Shown piece by piece: positions 62,301 to 64,000 of a stretch of DNA of 64,000 nt. The stretch's first letter is position 1. The number at the start of each line of letters is the position of its first letter. Source of the stretch: Raillietiella orientalis (Eukaryota); the NCBI GenBank assembly GCA_036172245.1, contig JAYWIR010000032.1, positions 310,001-374,000 of the forward strand. Direction: 5' to 3'. The notes under the pieces are model-generated. The model made no database searches. It saw only the letters and a program-made list of their open reading frames with translations, and had not been told where the DNA came from. Made by a program: the position numbers and the translations under genes.

Positions 62301-64000
62301 CAAGGTACACAACATCGCGAAGGGGTTAGTGGATAAGAAAACAAATGAAAGGGAAGAGAAATGAAAAAAAAAAGCAGTGTGGTTAAATCGGAGGGAGAGA
62401 GGGGAGAGATCGCATCCTGCGATGTGTGGTCCTCAGCATTTTCCGCAACTCGCCTCGATCCGCAGTAACCGGATGACTCCCCTGTCGTGCCGTTCTCCCT
62501 CGGCGTCGTTCCTGGAAGCGAAGATCACGAGCAGGCAGAGCTGCACTGCGGAGACGTCAGCTGGCTACGGGGCACAAAGAGGTTCCTCAAGATGTTTGTC
62601 GGGCTGTCCGCTGGGGAAGGGAGGGGCTCAGAGGAACCTTTGCACAATTGCCGGGAGGCAACGCAACTCACTGGCAGGTGGGAGAAGGTGTGCCTTTCTC
62701 CTTGCACCTGGTGCAGTTGCACTGACGCTCCCCCTCGTCCAGTGGCGGCAACGCCCGCTGCGTGGGAGCGCGCCCGACATAGCGTATGCAGCGCAGACTG
62801 CTGCTGCCACCTTCAGGTGGCAGCAGCAGTCGAGTTCGTAGCGAGCACTGGGAGTATCTCCAACTCTTCCGGTGAGACTTCGAAGAGTTTACCGTAACGG
62901 ACAGGTTCTCCAGGAGGGGGTTGCTTTTGTTGCGCCATCAATGAGCTGACGCTCATTCCAGTCGCCCAGAGGTTTCCTGGTCCCCACGGTCTCTTAGGAA
63001 ACCTCCCACTTCGCTGGTAGGCAGGTATCGTGGATCTCCAAAGCGGACATCACTGGGACGAAGGGATTGGCTGACGGGGAAGCAAGCCTCAACAGCTCCC
63101 TACCCACCGCCTCCGGCGTTTTGTCGAAATTGCCTGCACTTTTGAATTCCACCTGTGGGATCCAAAAAAGAGCTCTCAAGGATCCTCAGCGACGAAACTG
63201 CAGAGAAACAAGAGGCAACTTGTCCAGGACGAGATCCATCCGTGGCTTCAATCTTTAGAATGGAAGTCCTGATGCATCCCTGCCTGCCGGAGAAAATAGA
63301 ACAGGTTACTTGCCCTCCTGTCTTTCGGGCATCAAAACAGCCGTTTCCTTGGCAAAGTTCCGGTCTGACCCTTCCATTAGGGATTTTCAAGTCTCCACCT
63401 CGCTCCGGAGGTGGAAGCAGGAGCCACTGAACCGCGGATCCTTTGGTTCTTTGGAGAGTCTCGGGGCTGAGGTGGCGCCACCGTTTCGATCGGCTGCAAG
63501 CGTAAGCCAGTAGCACGTGACCTTTGAGTGGTTGTTGGCAGTCGCGAGCCTCGAGCCAAGAGTGCAAGGGTCAGTCGATCACGATCTCTGTCGAACGCTG
63601 TCCAGAGAAAGGCACGCTCTTGGAGTTCTGAGAGTAGTAGAATTGCTGAAAAGACTTACAGGTCTTCGTCGTCGTTTCCCCTTTTGCAAGCGAATGAAAG
63701 AAAGGCCGAACACCGACAAGAAAAAACCTTCGAGGCTTTGAATAGGAAACCAAGGGTTCTGCACAGTCATCCATTCATCATTGCTTCTTTGGTGCATCTT
63801 TCAATCGTCTCGGCTTAGGGCTGAGTGTTCAACTTTAAGGTCATCGGGTTTACAAGCTCCTTCCCGCGTACTCAATCGGATTTCCTATTGCTCTGAGCTT
63901 ATCCTCCTCTTGTTGACGGACTCTTTCCAAGAAACGGATTTCCTTTCTACAAGGTGCTTTGGTGAATTAATCTTCTTCCCAGAAGCAACAAAAGGATGAT
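62301..64000 (-). mobile_element. Decayed LINE unit, ORF2 C-terminal half (runs off the window edge)
   Basis: LLLPPPERGGDL; KWEVS*ETVGTRKPLGDWNERQLIDGAT matches SWEVSCLIRGRKKPLKAWTTRELTNAAT; RHWTRGSVS..NCTRCKE zinc motif; T/C-rich UTR at 62335-62410. Confidence 0.82.

Noticed and set aside
62690..62740. CTRCKEKG as a gag/ORF1 zinc knuckle
   Set aside because: The flanking peptides align with the ORF2 C-terminus (WEVS..KPL..W..R.L; HWT.G.V), so it is the ORF2 zinc motif.

Overview
Eukaryotic (bilaterian invertebrate-like) genomic DNA. I can support one intact gene: a very compact, GC-rich Roundabout (Robo) receptor on the minus strand (50202-54876). It has 8 exons with GT-AG introns and consistent phases, giving a 3405-nt CDS of 1134 aa: signal peptide, 5 Ig, 3 FN3, TM, CC0 and CC1. 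Roughly half of the remainder is decayed copies of one L1/Tx1-like non-LTR retrotransposon family (APE endonuclease, RT, C-terminal CCHC zinc motif). These copies sit in same-orientation head-to-tail arrays (about 1-4.9 kb +, 18.9-31.5 kb -, 55.9-64 kb -). Several units end in a shared ~32-nt AATAAA-plus-hairpin motif instead of a poly(A) tail. Also present: two copies of a pogo/Tigger-like MITE, two longer inverted-repeat structures, several perfect short hairpins, a 17-bp minisatellite, and three heavily decayed, low-confidence gene-like relics (LRR, LGR-like, class A GPCR-like). All assignments come from manual motif recognition without database searches, and retroelement boundaries are approximate.
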